Shown piece after piece: positions 1-9,467 of a stretch of DNA of 64,000 nt. Source of the stretch: Fonticula alba ATCC 38817 (Eukaryota > Protista > Nucleariida); the NCBI GenBank assembly GCA_000388065.2, contig KB932207.1, one strand, 5' to 3'. The number at the start of each line of letters is the position of its first letter. Positions within the stretch are counted from its first letter, which is position 1. The notes beneath the pieces are model-generated. The model searched no databases and was not told the DNA's origin. It saw only the letters and a program-made list of their open reading frames with translations. The translations under genes and the position numbers were made by a program.

Positions 1-319
1 GTGGGTGGGTGGGTGGGTGCGTATACGCGCGCGTTTGGGTGACGCGCGCGCGGGCGAATGTGTGTCCGGATCTCTCCCCGAGGATCAGGCCGTTCGCATC
101 TCTGCTCGGCCCCCTCTCCGGACTTGGTCCGGGGTGGCCGGCACACGGGGTCGAGCGCCTGCGGCCCGACGAATGCCGGGACATCTGCCGCGCGCAGTCC
201 TTTCGGCTCGCCGGCGGCGGCGAGATCTCCTCGGTCGGCTGGTCGGCTGTGGCCGCTGGCAAGAAGGCCCTCCAGGACCTGGGGAGCGGCGGACTCTGCG
301 CTTTCCAGACACAAAGCCC

Positions 320-334
320 GAGAGAGAGAGCGAG

Positions 335-393
<59 letters not shown>
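320..393. repeat. (GA)n microsatellite followed by a short (CA)n
   Basis: Directly visible run of about 35 GA units with two interruptions. Confidence 0.95.
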
Positions 394-396
<3 letters not shown>

Positions 397-902
397 ACAC
401 ACATACAAGCCCTTGGCGCGTACGTTGGCCCATTGCCCGGGCGCCCCCTCTGATGTGCCAACGGTCGGCGCGGGACGCGATTCAGGATACAAATGGGCCG
501 GGAACCCTCGCGCGTCGGTCGCGGTGGCCGGGCCTCGACGGTGGTGCGCGACGCCGGGCGCTGGAGCGGTTGCCAGCCGCGCGTTTCCCCCCGGCCCCTC
601 CCCGGCCGCGGGCGTCCCCTTCAGGTGCATCCCTTCCTTGATTGTCCAGGAATGGGACGTCGCGCATACGCCGCCGGCACATTCTAGCTTGTGTGGAAGG
701 GTTGTCGGCGTCCCCCTCCGCCGGGGGGGGGGGGGGGGGGGGGGGGCGGGTGCCGGCGGGGAGCCGGGAAGCTGCACTTTTCTGGGGCTCCCGGCACTGG
801 GGTACAGTCGAATGTGAGCTCCAAGGACTCCCTCCACCTCCCCTCCCCTTGCCGGCCCTCGCTCTCCTGCCCCCCTCTCGCGCTCGCCGCCCCTGCTCTC
901 CG

Positions 903-1363
903 NNNNNNNNNNNNNNNNNNNNNNNNNNNNNNNNNNNNNNNNNNNNNNNNNNNNNNNNNNNNNNNNNNNNNNNNNNNNNNNNNNNNNNNNNNNNNNNNNN
1001 NNNNNNNNNNNNNNNNNNNNNNNNNNNNNNNNNNNNNNNNNNNNNNNNNNNNNNNNNNNNNNNNNNNNNNNNNNNNNNNNNNNNNNNNNNNNNNNNNNNN
1101 NNNNNNNNNNNNNNNNNNNNNNNNNNNNNNNNNNNNNNNNNNNNNNNNNNNNNNNNNNNNNNNNNNNNNNNNNNNNNNNNNNNNNNNNNNNNNNNNNNNN
1201 NNNNNNNNNNNNNNNNNNNNNNNNNNNNNNNNNNNNNNNNNNNNNNNNNNNNNNNNNNNNNNNNNNNNNNNNNNNNNNNNNNNNNNNNNNNNNNNNNNNN
1301 NNNNNNNNNNNNNNNNNNNNNNNNNNNNNNNNNNNNNNNNNNNNNNNNNNNNNNNNNNNNNNN
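903..1363. other. Assembly gap (N run). Other gaps: 15217-15275, 16802-17426, 31104-31318, 35009-35018, 41129-41138, 49804-50134, 55873-55959, 61078-61929
   Basis: N characters; several gaps abut poly-G or poly-C runs. Confidence 0.97.
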
Positions 1364-1597
1364 GCTCTGCCTGCCCCTCTGGTCAGCTTCCTGCCGATGA
1401 CCATGCGCACGAGCGCACGTAGATGCGCTCACGCGCACGCGGCGCCCCCTCACACGCCATCCCCGACTCCCCTACCCCCCTACCCCCCCCCCCCCCCCCC
1501 CCCCCCTCTCGCCCGCGGTGGGCCTCCTCCGGCCCTCTTTCCTCCTTCTCTCAATGGGCGCATGTAGCACCGCTCGCTAAGGGGCTCTCCCGAGGGC

Positions 1598-4500
1598 GTG
1601 CTTTGCCGAGCGATGCTCCACCTTGCCCTTCGTCACAGCCACCGAACACCCCCCAGCTCTTCTTCCCATCTGGCCATTTGCGGGCCTCTGCTCCAGTGCC
1701 ATGCACGTGTGACCGAGCGCCTCGCCCGGCGGTCTCTCTCCCAAGCGCCGGACCTCCTCGGTCACGGCGCCGGGGCCGGCCCCGGCGGCCACCATGGCAG
1801 CGGCAACGGTGGCCCCGCTGATGGCGAGGTCCGCCCTGCCGGCGGGCCGGCTGACCCGCGGCCCCCCCCTTCCAAGACACCTCTCCCCCCGGCGGCGGAG
1901 CTGCTGCCCCCCCGGCAGGACACCGTCGCGCTGGATCCGCTACTTGGGCGGGCGGCTCGGCGGCGCGTTCGGCCTCCGGCCGATGCGCGGGCCTTCGCCT
2001 CCTTCCGACCGGATCACACCTCGAAGGTGGCCCCGGTGCCGAGCCCGGGGCTGGCCCTTCCCCGGGCGGACCCGGGTCCACGCCTGACGGACTCCTTCTC
2101 CCTGAGCCCGATGTTTGTGCCCGGGGAGATGCCGCCGCATGCGGGCCGCGTCCAGGGGACCCCCTTCAACCCGCAGCTGTATGCCTCCTCGGCGTATCCG
2201 CCGCACTTGACCGCCCAGCAAATGGCCTCCGGGGCCGTGATCGGGGGGATGCGCACCCCCGGCGGGGGCCTCCCCTCGCCAGGCTCCAAGCCTGTCTTCC
2301 CGGGGCCGGGGTCGCGCTTGTCCTCTCCCCCAAAGCGGCCCCCCGCCATGCCGCGGCCCCTGCATAAGACGGTCTCCACCCCGGCCGGGACCTTCCAGGA
2401 TGACCTGCCCATGGCTCCGCATGTGCTGGACCGGGAGACCTCCTGGCACGACCGGTGGTGGCCGTATGTGCCGATCGGCCGGCCGGCCTTCCGGCCCGGG
2501 GCGCACGATGCCCTGGCCGGCGCGCTGCCCACCCTGTCCGGGCGCCATCCCACCCTCTATGATGATCCTCATGGGTATGGCGATGACCGGGACTCGGATT
2601 ACTACCGCCTGTCGGAGGAGCCGCCCGGGCGGCCGTCCTCCAATGCCCCCGGGGGCGGGCCCCCCCCGGAGGCCATGGCCTGGGGCTCCTCCGCCGCGCC
2701 CGACGACGCCAGCAACAACGACCGCAGCGACCGCCAGCCGGCCGACCGCCCGCCGCCCGGCCTGCCACCCGACGAGCCTCCGACCAAGTCGGGCCCGGAG
2801 CCGGCGGCATGGCCCGGCCCCTCGGCTGCCAGTGTGCCGCCGCCGCCGCCGCCGCCGCCTCTGTCGGAGGATTCGGACGAGGAAACCGACTTCTCGCGCT
2901 TCTGGTGGCTCCCGGCCAGCCCGCTGACAACCCCGGCCCCGGAGGGGTCTCTGTCGGAGGTGTCACCGGCCACCGGGCTCGGGCACCTGGTGTCGCCGGC
3001 GTATCGGGACAGTTTGCGGCCGTGGCAGCCGCCGTTGCGGCCGTCCCTGGTGGCCGACTCGCGGCTGGCCTTCCGATCGCCGGCCCGGCCGCGCGCGGTG
3101 CCCGACGTCGGGTACTTCCAGTCGCGGGAGTTCGCGCGCGAGGCGGCCCTGCGCAGCCACGGCCAGCGCCTGGGCGTGCGGTCCCCTTCTTCGGGGATCC
3201 GGTCGCGGTTAGCCGGGTCGACGCCGGCCCCGGCCCCGGCCCCGGCCCCTACCCCGGCCCCGGCCCCGGCCCCGGCCCCGGCCCCGGCCCCGGCCCCGGA
3301 TGGCCATGCCTCGCGGCCAGCCTTCTCCCACCGGCGCTTCCTGCCGGACACATCCATAGAGCAGCTCCGGCTGCGGTATCACCAGGCCCCGCCGGAGGCC
3401 GGGGCCTTGCCCTTCATGACTTCGCTCGAGCATGACCGCCTGGTGGCCGGGGTGTGTTTGGCCTGCGGCGAGCATCCTCCCTCGCAGCCCTGCCCGCACC
3501 TTTCCGGCCCCGGGGCGGTCTATGTGTATGGGCAGCTTTTTTCGACGTCCATGCGCGCGGCGCACTTGCGCCAGGCGGGCATTTGCCCGGCCTGCGGCCA
3601 GGCCCGGCACGCCGAGCCGGTCCCCTGGTGCCCGGCGACGGTGCGCCGGTTGCGCATGGCCGTCCAGCACCCGAACCTGGGCCTGATCCCGGGGGATGCA
3701 CGCCAGTGGGCCGGTGGCCCGGGCAGCCGGCCGGCCGATGGCCCGGCCGGCCCCCTGCCCGCGGCCTTCCCCCGGTCGCCATCGCCGGAGGACATGCTTC
3801 GGTTGAATTCGCTGTCCTGGCGGTGGATGGCCAATCCGGCTGCCCGGCCGGCCGGGGCGGCGGTCCTGGCCCCGAAGTCGGCGCCGGCTCTGCGTGCGGC
3901 CCTCGCCGACATCGGGGACTATGTGCTGACGCCGGGCAAGGCCCGGCGTGGCCGGGCCCGGCCGGCGGTGCCCCCCTCGACCATGGCCCTGCTGGCGGAT
4001 GCCTCGCACCGGGCCATCCCCCGACGCGCGGCGCGTGGGCTGCTGGCAGCCACGCTGGCCCCGACCAGCCCCGATGACAAGCCGGCTCCCCTGCCGAAGG
4101 ACTTCCTCGATGGGATTGGCTCGGGGGATGTGGCCCGGCTGCACCGGGGCACCGCGCGGCAGCTGACCCCGGAGGCCGAGCGGCGTCTGGTCAATCGCCT
4201 GTGCCTGGCCTGTGGCCAGCATCCCACCGACGAGCCATGTCCCCTGGTGCCGAAGTCCCCCAGCACGCCGGACCTGCCGGGGGAGCGGGTGTTCATGCGA
4301 GGCACGCGCATGGCCCCGCCGGAGGAACGCCTCCGGCGCTTCCGAGCCGGGCTGTGCCTGACGTGCGGCAACCACCCGGCGGCCGAGCCCTGTCCGGTGT
4401 GGCTTCGCCGGGGGGTGGTGTCGGTGTCCCCGCAGCCCGGGGACCTGAGCCTGCGCGATATGCCGGACCTGCTGCGCTCGCCCGGGCTCTCTTGGAATGC

Positions 4501-4900
4501 CGATGGCCTGGTGGCCGACCAGGGCGCGCGGCCGCTGCCCTGGGCCGACGACGCGGCGACGGCGGCGACGGCGGCGACGGCGGCCGCCGCCGCGGCCACC
4601 TTCGAGTCGGTCCCCACCCCGAGGAAGATGGTCCTGCCGGCCGAGGCCGAGCGCCGGCGCCGGCTTGGCCTCTGCCCCCGGTGCGGGAAGCACCCCCCGA
4701 ATGAGCCATGCCTGGTGCTGCTGTCGTATGGTGGTGTGGTGCCGGTCCGGGTGCCCGGCCCCGATGGCGAGCGCATCCTCTACCGACTTACCGACAAGGA
4801 GCGCGCGCGCCGGTCGGTTCTCGGCCTGTGTCGGGTATGCGGCACCCACCCCAAGGGCACCCCGTGCCGGGTGACTCCGCGCCGGCCGAAAAGCTCCTGA
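1598..4900 (+). CDS. Pro-rich hypothetical protein with six CCHC-type zinc-knuckle-like repeats in the C-terminal half; 5' end uncertain
   Basis: Open frame of 1100 codons ending TGA at 4898-4900. Repeats CxxCGxHPxxxxC start at 3455, 4202, 4355, 4673 and 4829; a variant CxxCxxxxHxxxxxxC starts at 3584. A plausible acceptor (cccaag) lies at 1744-1745, so upstream exon(s) may be in or near the 903-1363 gap. Confidence 0.7.
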   Translation: MLCRAMLHLALRHSHRTPPSSSSHLAICGPLLQCHARVTERLARRSLSQAPDLLGHGAGAGPGGHHGSGNGGPADGEVRPAGGPADPRPPPSKTPLPPAAELLPPRQDTVALDPLLGRAARRRVRPPADARAFASFRPDHTSKVAPVPSPGLALPRADPGPRLTDSFSLSPMFVPGEMPPHAGRVQGTPFNPQLYASSAYPPHLTAQQMASGAVIGGMRTPGGGLPSPGSKPVFPGPGSRLSSPPKRPPAMPRPLHKTVSTPAGTFQDDLPMAPHVLDRETSWHDRWWPYVPIGRPAFRPGAHDALAGALPTLSGRHPTLYDDPHGYGDDRDSDYYRLSEEPPGRPSSNAPGGGPPPEAMAWGSSAAPDDASNNDRSDRQPADRPPPGLPPDEPPTKSGPEPAAWPGPSAASVPPPPPPPPLSEDSDEETDFSRFWWLPASPLTTPAPEGSLSEVSPATGLGHLVSPAYRDSLRPWQPPLRPSLVADSRLAFRSPARPRAVPDVGYFQSREFAREAALRSHGQRLGVRSPSSGIRSRLAGSTPAPAPAPAPTPAPAPAPAPAPAPAPDGHASRPAFSHRRFLPDTSIEQLRLRYHQAPPEAGALPFMTSLEHDRLVAGVCLACGEHPPSQPCPHLSGPGAVYVYGQLFSTSMRAAHLRQAGICPACGQARHAEPVPWCPATVRRLRMAVQHPNLGLIPGDARQWAGGPGSRPADGPAGPLPAAFPRSPSPEDMLRLNSLSWRWMANPAARPAGAAVLAPKSAPALRAALADIGDYVLTPGKARRGRARPAVPPSTMALLADASHRAIPRRAARGLLAATLAPTSPDDKPAPLPKDFLDGIGSGDVARLHRGTARQLTPEAERRLVNRLCLACGQHPTDEPCPLVPKSPSTPDLPGERVFMRGTRMAPPEERLRRFRAGLCLTCGNHPAAEPCPVWLRRGVVSVSPQPGDLSLRDMPDLLRSPGLSWNADGLVADQGARPLPWADDAATAATAATAAAAAATFESVPTPRKMVLPAEAERRRRLGLCPRCGKHPPNEPCLVLLSYGGVVPVRVPGPDGERILYRLTDKERARRSVLGLCRVCGTHPKGTPCRVTPRRPKSS
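3223..3298 (+). repeat. (CCGGCC)n hexamer tract encoding a Pro-Ala repeat
   Basis: Visible tandem hexamers in frame with the 1598-4900 ORF (PAPAPAP...). Confidence 0.9.
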
Positions 4901-5555
4901 GAGGATGGCAGCCACAGGGGGCGCCCGGGACCGGCGGCGGCGGTGGCGGTGGCGGTGGTGGCCGCGGCGGGCGAGGAGGAGCAGGGCGAGGCGGGGGCCA
5001 GCCTGCGGCACGAGGCGCGAGCACGCCGACAGCCGGCGTAGGCTGGCGTAGGCTGGCCAGTCCAAGCTGACAGCCTTTGTCGTACCTGCCTCCGTTCGCT
5101 CCTCTCTCTCGCTCTCTCCCCCTCCTTCTCTCCTCCTCTGCCATTCTCGCCATTCCCGCCATCCTGCCCACGTCCTCGCTTCCCCTCCCTCTCCCTCCGG
5201 CCTTTCGCACTCCTCCAGGTGTTTGCCCTGTCCTTGTCCCTCCCTCCTCCCCTCTTCTCTTCCTCTCTCGCTCTCCCCCCTCCCCTCCTTGTGACCGGTG
5301 CAGTAACCGGGGCGCGTGCGCTTTCGATTCCCTTGCCTTGCCGCACCCCTCCGCCCGCCCGGGTTCCCTAGATATAGACATTTCCCTGATTCTGCTTCCC
5401 TTTCCCCGGCCCTGGGTTCTTTCTTCTCTTGCGCCGCCCCCCGCCCCCCTTCCTGCCTCTCTCACTTCAATGGGGGGGGGGTGTATATTTTTGCAAGACG
5501 AGAAAGAGGGCGCGGGCGCCCAGCGGGCCAGCCGGGGCGCGATCCGCGGCGGACT

Positions 5556-6133
5556 TCAGTGCCCGCGCGGGATGACAATGGCGATCTTCTCGCCGAATGT
5601 GCCCCACGTCTGCCACTGGGTCTGGAAGAGGATGAACCACACGAAGAACGGCAGCGTCAGCAGGACGGCCCCGGTCAGGGAGTAGTTGATGTCTGTGTCG
5701 GCGGGCCGGGGCTCTGGTCAGCAAAGAGAGGGGACATGAGTGGAGGCGAACTGAATGCCAACGGGGCGAGGAAGCGTACAGCGCTTGATCACCGGCGAGC
5801 AGGCCGGATCCTTCAGATGCTGGCGGAAGATGATGTAGTTGATGACCCACAGCCAGGGCAGGAGGAAAAAGCCTCCGATGAACAGTGCGAGCGGAGGGGG
5901 TGGGGAGGGGGGGAAAAGCGGGGAGAAGAGAGCACGAAGACAGGGAGGAAGGGGGGGGGGGGGTCATTCCCGGGTGTCAGGCCAGATGTCGGGCGGCAGC
6001 GTCAAGGCGGGGAGGCGACAGCAGATACGGAGGACAAGGGGAGGAGCAGAAAGAGCGAGAGAGAAAGGGACGTATGTTTCCGGCAGACAGTGATTCGCTC
6101 CTCCTCGGAGAGCTTGCTCACATTCTTTGCCAT
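5556..6133 (-). CDS. PSENEN: Gamma-secretase subunit PEN-2 (presenilin enhancer 2), 3 exons: 6133-6076, 5884-5780, 5692-5556; 99 aa
   Basis: Spliced translation MAKNVSKLSEEERITVCRK-LFIGGFFLLPWLWVINYIIFRQHLKDPACSPVIKR-YINYSLTGAVLLTLPFFVWFILFQTQWQTWGTFGEKIAIVIPRGH*. It aligns by recall, colinearly and at near-identical length, with animal PEN-2 (CRKYYLGGFAFLPFLWLVN...W..IFQ..R..WGALGDYLSFTIPLG). Exon total 300 nt. Intron 2 is GTACGC...CAG; intron 1 is AT...AC. Confidence 0.88.
5885..6075 (-). other. Non-canonical AT-AC intron (191 nt), intron 1 of PEN2
   Basis: Minus strand reads exon ...CGG AAA C|ATACGTCCCTTT ... CCTCCGCTCGCAC|TG TTC ATC GGA GGC. There is no AG dinucleotide anywhere in 5885-6075 on the minus strand. 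The junction restores CRK-L-F-I-GGF spacing. Confidence 0.75.
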
Positions 6134-6198
6134 GGCAGCAGGGTGGTGGAGGTGCTGGAGAGTCCTGGGGGGCGGTGTAGGGGAGGGAGAGAGGGAGG

Positions 6199-6231
<33 letters not shown>

Positions 6232-6573
6232 GGGCACAGGTAGGGGCAGGGGCAAGGGGTGGTGCCGAAGCCCCCGGGTCGTGGGATCAGCGTGTGGACT
6301 CTTTTGGCCCAGCCGCTGGCGGTGGTCACCACCGATCGCCACAAGCAAACGGCCCAGGTTCGGTGGAGGGGACCGGACGGGGCCGGGGCTGAGACCGCCT
6401 GTGAGGGAGGCCCCCTCCCTCGGTTGGAAGGGCAGGCTTGCCGGCCCGGTGTCCACCCTCCCCCCCGGTCCCGCCTGCGCATGCTACGTTCGGCTTGCGC
6501 CTCCTGCGGGGTCCGTGCTCGAAAAGAACAAACACACCCCCCTGGTGTGGGCACGGACACGCAAACACAGGCA

Positions 6574-6604
<31 letters not shown>

Positions 6605-7127
6605 CAACAGCAATAGCATCCCGCGGAGATTAACAGACCAGCTCGCCGTTGGCACCTGCCACCTTCAAAACAATTCAAATGCGCCCAGCCAATGCCTCTC
6701 TGGTGGGGATGGTGGAGCCGGGGTGTGGCCCCTCGCCCCCCCGTATAGTCCCCGCGCAAGGCCCGGAGGCCTTGGGCCGAGCCGGGTGCGCCGGCACCGG
6801 TCCCTCTCCGCGGCCCTCTGCCCCTGGTGCGCCGCCATCCCTCCCCCCCCCCCCATGGGGGCGGGGATGTAGTATCTAGCGCACATGGGGACATTCGAAG
6901 CGCCCCATGTCAGGCCTGACGCCTGCCCCCCCCTGGCGATCGTCACCCCCCCCCCCCCCTCCCCCCCCTCTTCCATTCGTCTGCCTCGGCGATCGCCTGT
7001 CCTCCCCTCTGCCCCTCCTCCTCCTCCTCCTCCTGCCCCTCCTCCTCCTCCTCCTCTGCCCCTCGTCCCCCTCTTGAGCCCTTCCCTCCGACTCCCGCCC
7101 TCGCCCGCTGTCCCTCCTCGCCAGACC

Positions 7128-9424
7128 ATGCCCGCGGCCACGCCCCCCGGCCCCGGGCCGGCGCCGAGCAACCCAACGCACTTCCTCCTTCGCGCGGCCC
7201 AGCCCTCCATCGGCCACTCGCTGGTGGTAGGCGGCCCCCGGCGGGGGCCCCCGACCGAGGCGCCCACCGAGGGGTCCCCTCTGCCGGGGTCCCCGTCGGC
7301 TGACGACCTGCCATTCACGGGCAACCGGTCGCCCAGCATGCTGCTCGAGCCGTCGGACTCGCACCTGAGCCTGGTCGAGGCGCCGATGGACTTCGACGAG
7401 GACCAGGTCCTTGCTCAGGAGCAGCACCAGGCACAGTCGCCCGCTCGGACGCCCACGCCCGGGTCGTCTCGACGGGCAAGCAGCGCGTCCGCCCCGTCGC
7501 CGGGTCCGCCCGGCAGCCCGGCCCCGGCGGCCCAGCCTGACCCGGTCCAAACCCTGGCCTCCCTGCGCCATGGGTCGATTTCCCTCGGCCCGGCGGACCT
7601 GCCGCCGGCCATCGTCACCTGTACGTGTCGCCCCTGACCCGCGCGTCCTTCGGGACCCCCCCGCCGCGCCGCGCCGCGCCGCGCCCCGCCCCGCCCCGCC
7701 CCGCCCCCCCCCCCGGGCATGTGCTGACCGTGGCCTCGGCCGGATGCGCCGCCCAGACTATGACCCCTTCGGCCACTGGCCCTTCATTGCCAAGGAGCTG
7801 GAGAGCCATGTCAGCTCGCTGCAAGTCCCGCTCGCCGTGCCGGACCCCTTCGGGTCGTCGGCCTCGGGGGCGGTGGTGCAGCCACTGCCGCGCGGACGCC
7901 CGGGCGCCGCCGGGGCCGCGGTTCCCCGCGCGCGCACCGGCCCCTTTGCTGGCCCGGGCTCCGGGCCCGGCGCCCTTTCCCAGTCGCCGGACATCGAGCT
8001 GGTGGACCTGCCGCTGGTGGATGGCAGTGAGGGCACGCCGGCCGCCGGGGCCAGGATCCGACCGGTGTCCCCTTTGGCCGCCGATCGTGAGCGTGAGCGT
8101 GACTGGCCCCCCTTGTCGCCGCTGCTGCAGCTGCCCTTCTCGCCGCTGCCATGTCCCGTGGCACAGGTGGCCGGGTCGGCGGCCCGCGCGGCGGCCGCCG
8201 CCTCGACGCCAGCCGGGCCCGGCTCCGGTCCCACCTCCGCCTCCACCTCCACCTCGGGGCTCGGATCGGCCATGTCCCCTGGGCGGCGCCGTGCGGGGAC
8301 CCTGCCAGCCCCGGGCGCCGGCGATGCGGGCCCGTCGGCCTTCACGCGCCTGCCCACCGAGGGGGCCAGCCCGGGCGCCGAGTCGCTGCCCCTGGCGCCG
8401 GGGACCCCGGGGCCCGGGCCGGCCTCCAGTCCCGGGTCCTTGTCGCAGGATTCCTTGCATTCGCCCTCCGGGCAGAGTGCCGGCTCGGTGGCCTCCTCGC
8501 CGCCGGCCTCCCCGGGCCCGGGGGTCCTGCCCGGGGCCGATGCCCCGGGGCCGGGCCCGGAATCCGCGCCCCGTCGGCCGGCCGGCTCGCTCCTCGATGC
8601 CGCCGAGCTCCGTCTCTTCGTGGACCCCCTGCCGGCGGAGTCGATCAACATGCGGCTCTTCGTGGATACAGCCGCCCGGCGGGTGGTCGAGCATGCCGGG
8701 TCCCTGCCGGTGGCTTTCGTCGAAATTGACCAGTACATCCAGCAGCAGGCGGCCGGCGCCGCCGGGCGCTCGGTCTGGTCGGTCACCAGCGAGCCGGTTC
8801 TGCATCTCTTTGTCATCGGCGCGCAGGTGCGTGCGGGCCTCTGTGCCGGCGGGAGCCAGGCTTCTCCCGTCCCCCCCCCCCCCCCCCCCTCCCCCCGTTC
8901 GTTCGCTCCTCCAAGGACACCTTCGGTAGGCTAACGCATGTCTCCTCTCCGGGTCCCTCCGGTCCTGCGGGTCTCCCACGTGTGGGGCCATGGCCGCGTG
9001 CGCGCCCGCTCGCCCGCCCGCCCGCACCCCGCCCGCACCCCGCACCCCGCAGGACGACATCAAGTACCAGGACCTGCGACTGATCATACGGAATTGGTTC
9101 AACTTCCTCCATCAGAACTTCCGCACCGGGCCGGCGGAGGTGCGCCGGGCTGCCGGTCCCAGCTCCCAGGCACCGCTCCTGCCCTGGCAGCAGTTCAACC
9201 CGGCAGCCGGGATGACTTTGCCGGCGGACTTTGCCACCGGCGCCGGGGCCGGGCTCGAGTCCAAGCCCGGTGGCAGCGGCAGCAGCGGCGGCCATTCCGG
9301 CACCAGCAGCCTGAGCGCCTCGATGTCGGCCATCGGCCTGTCGGGCTGGGGCAGCGGCAGCGGCGGCAGCGGCGACAAGTCGAGCGGCGACAAGTCGAGC
9401 GGCGCCCAGCCGGCGTCGGCGTCG

Positions 9425-9467
<43 letters not shown>

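Noticed and set aside
5-900. Several overlapping ORFs at the window start
   Set aside because: All cross the (GA)n tract or the gap and show no recognisable motif; a terminal exon cannot be supported.
1387-1745. Possible GC-AG intron (GAGC|GCACGT at 1415 to aag at 1745) linking a small exon to the zinc-knuckle gene
   Set aside because: The phase is compatible, but the upstream context is lost in the 903-1363 gap and there is no homology support. It cannot be distinguished from chance.
1598-4900. Zinc-knuckle protein as the Air1/Air2 partner of the Trf4-like enzyme in this window
   Set aside because: Air proteins have canonical CX2CX4HX4C knuckles. The spacing here differs, and the genes are 38 kb apart with nothing linking them.
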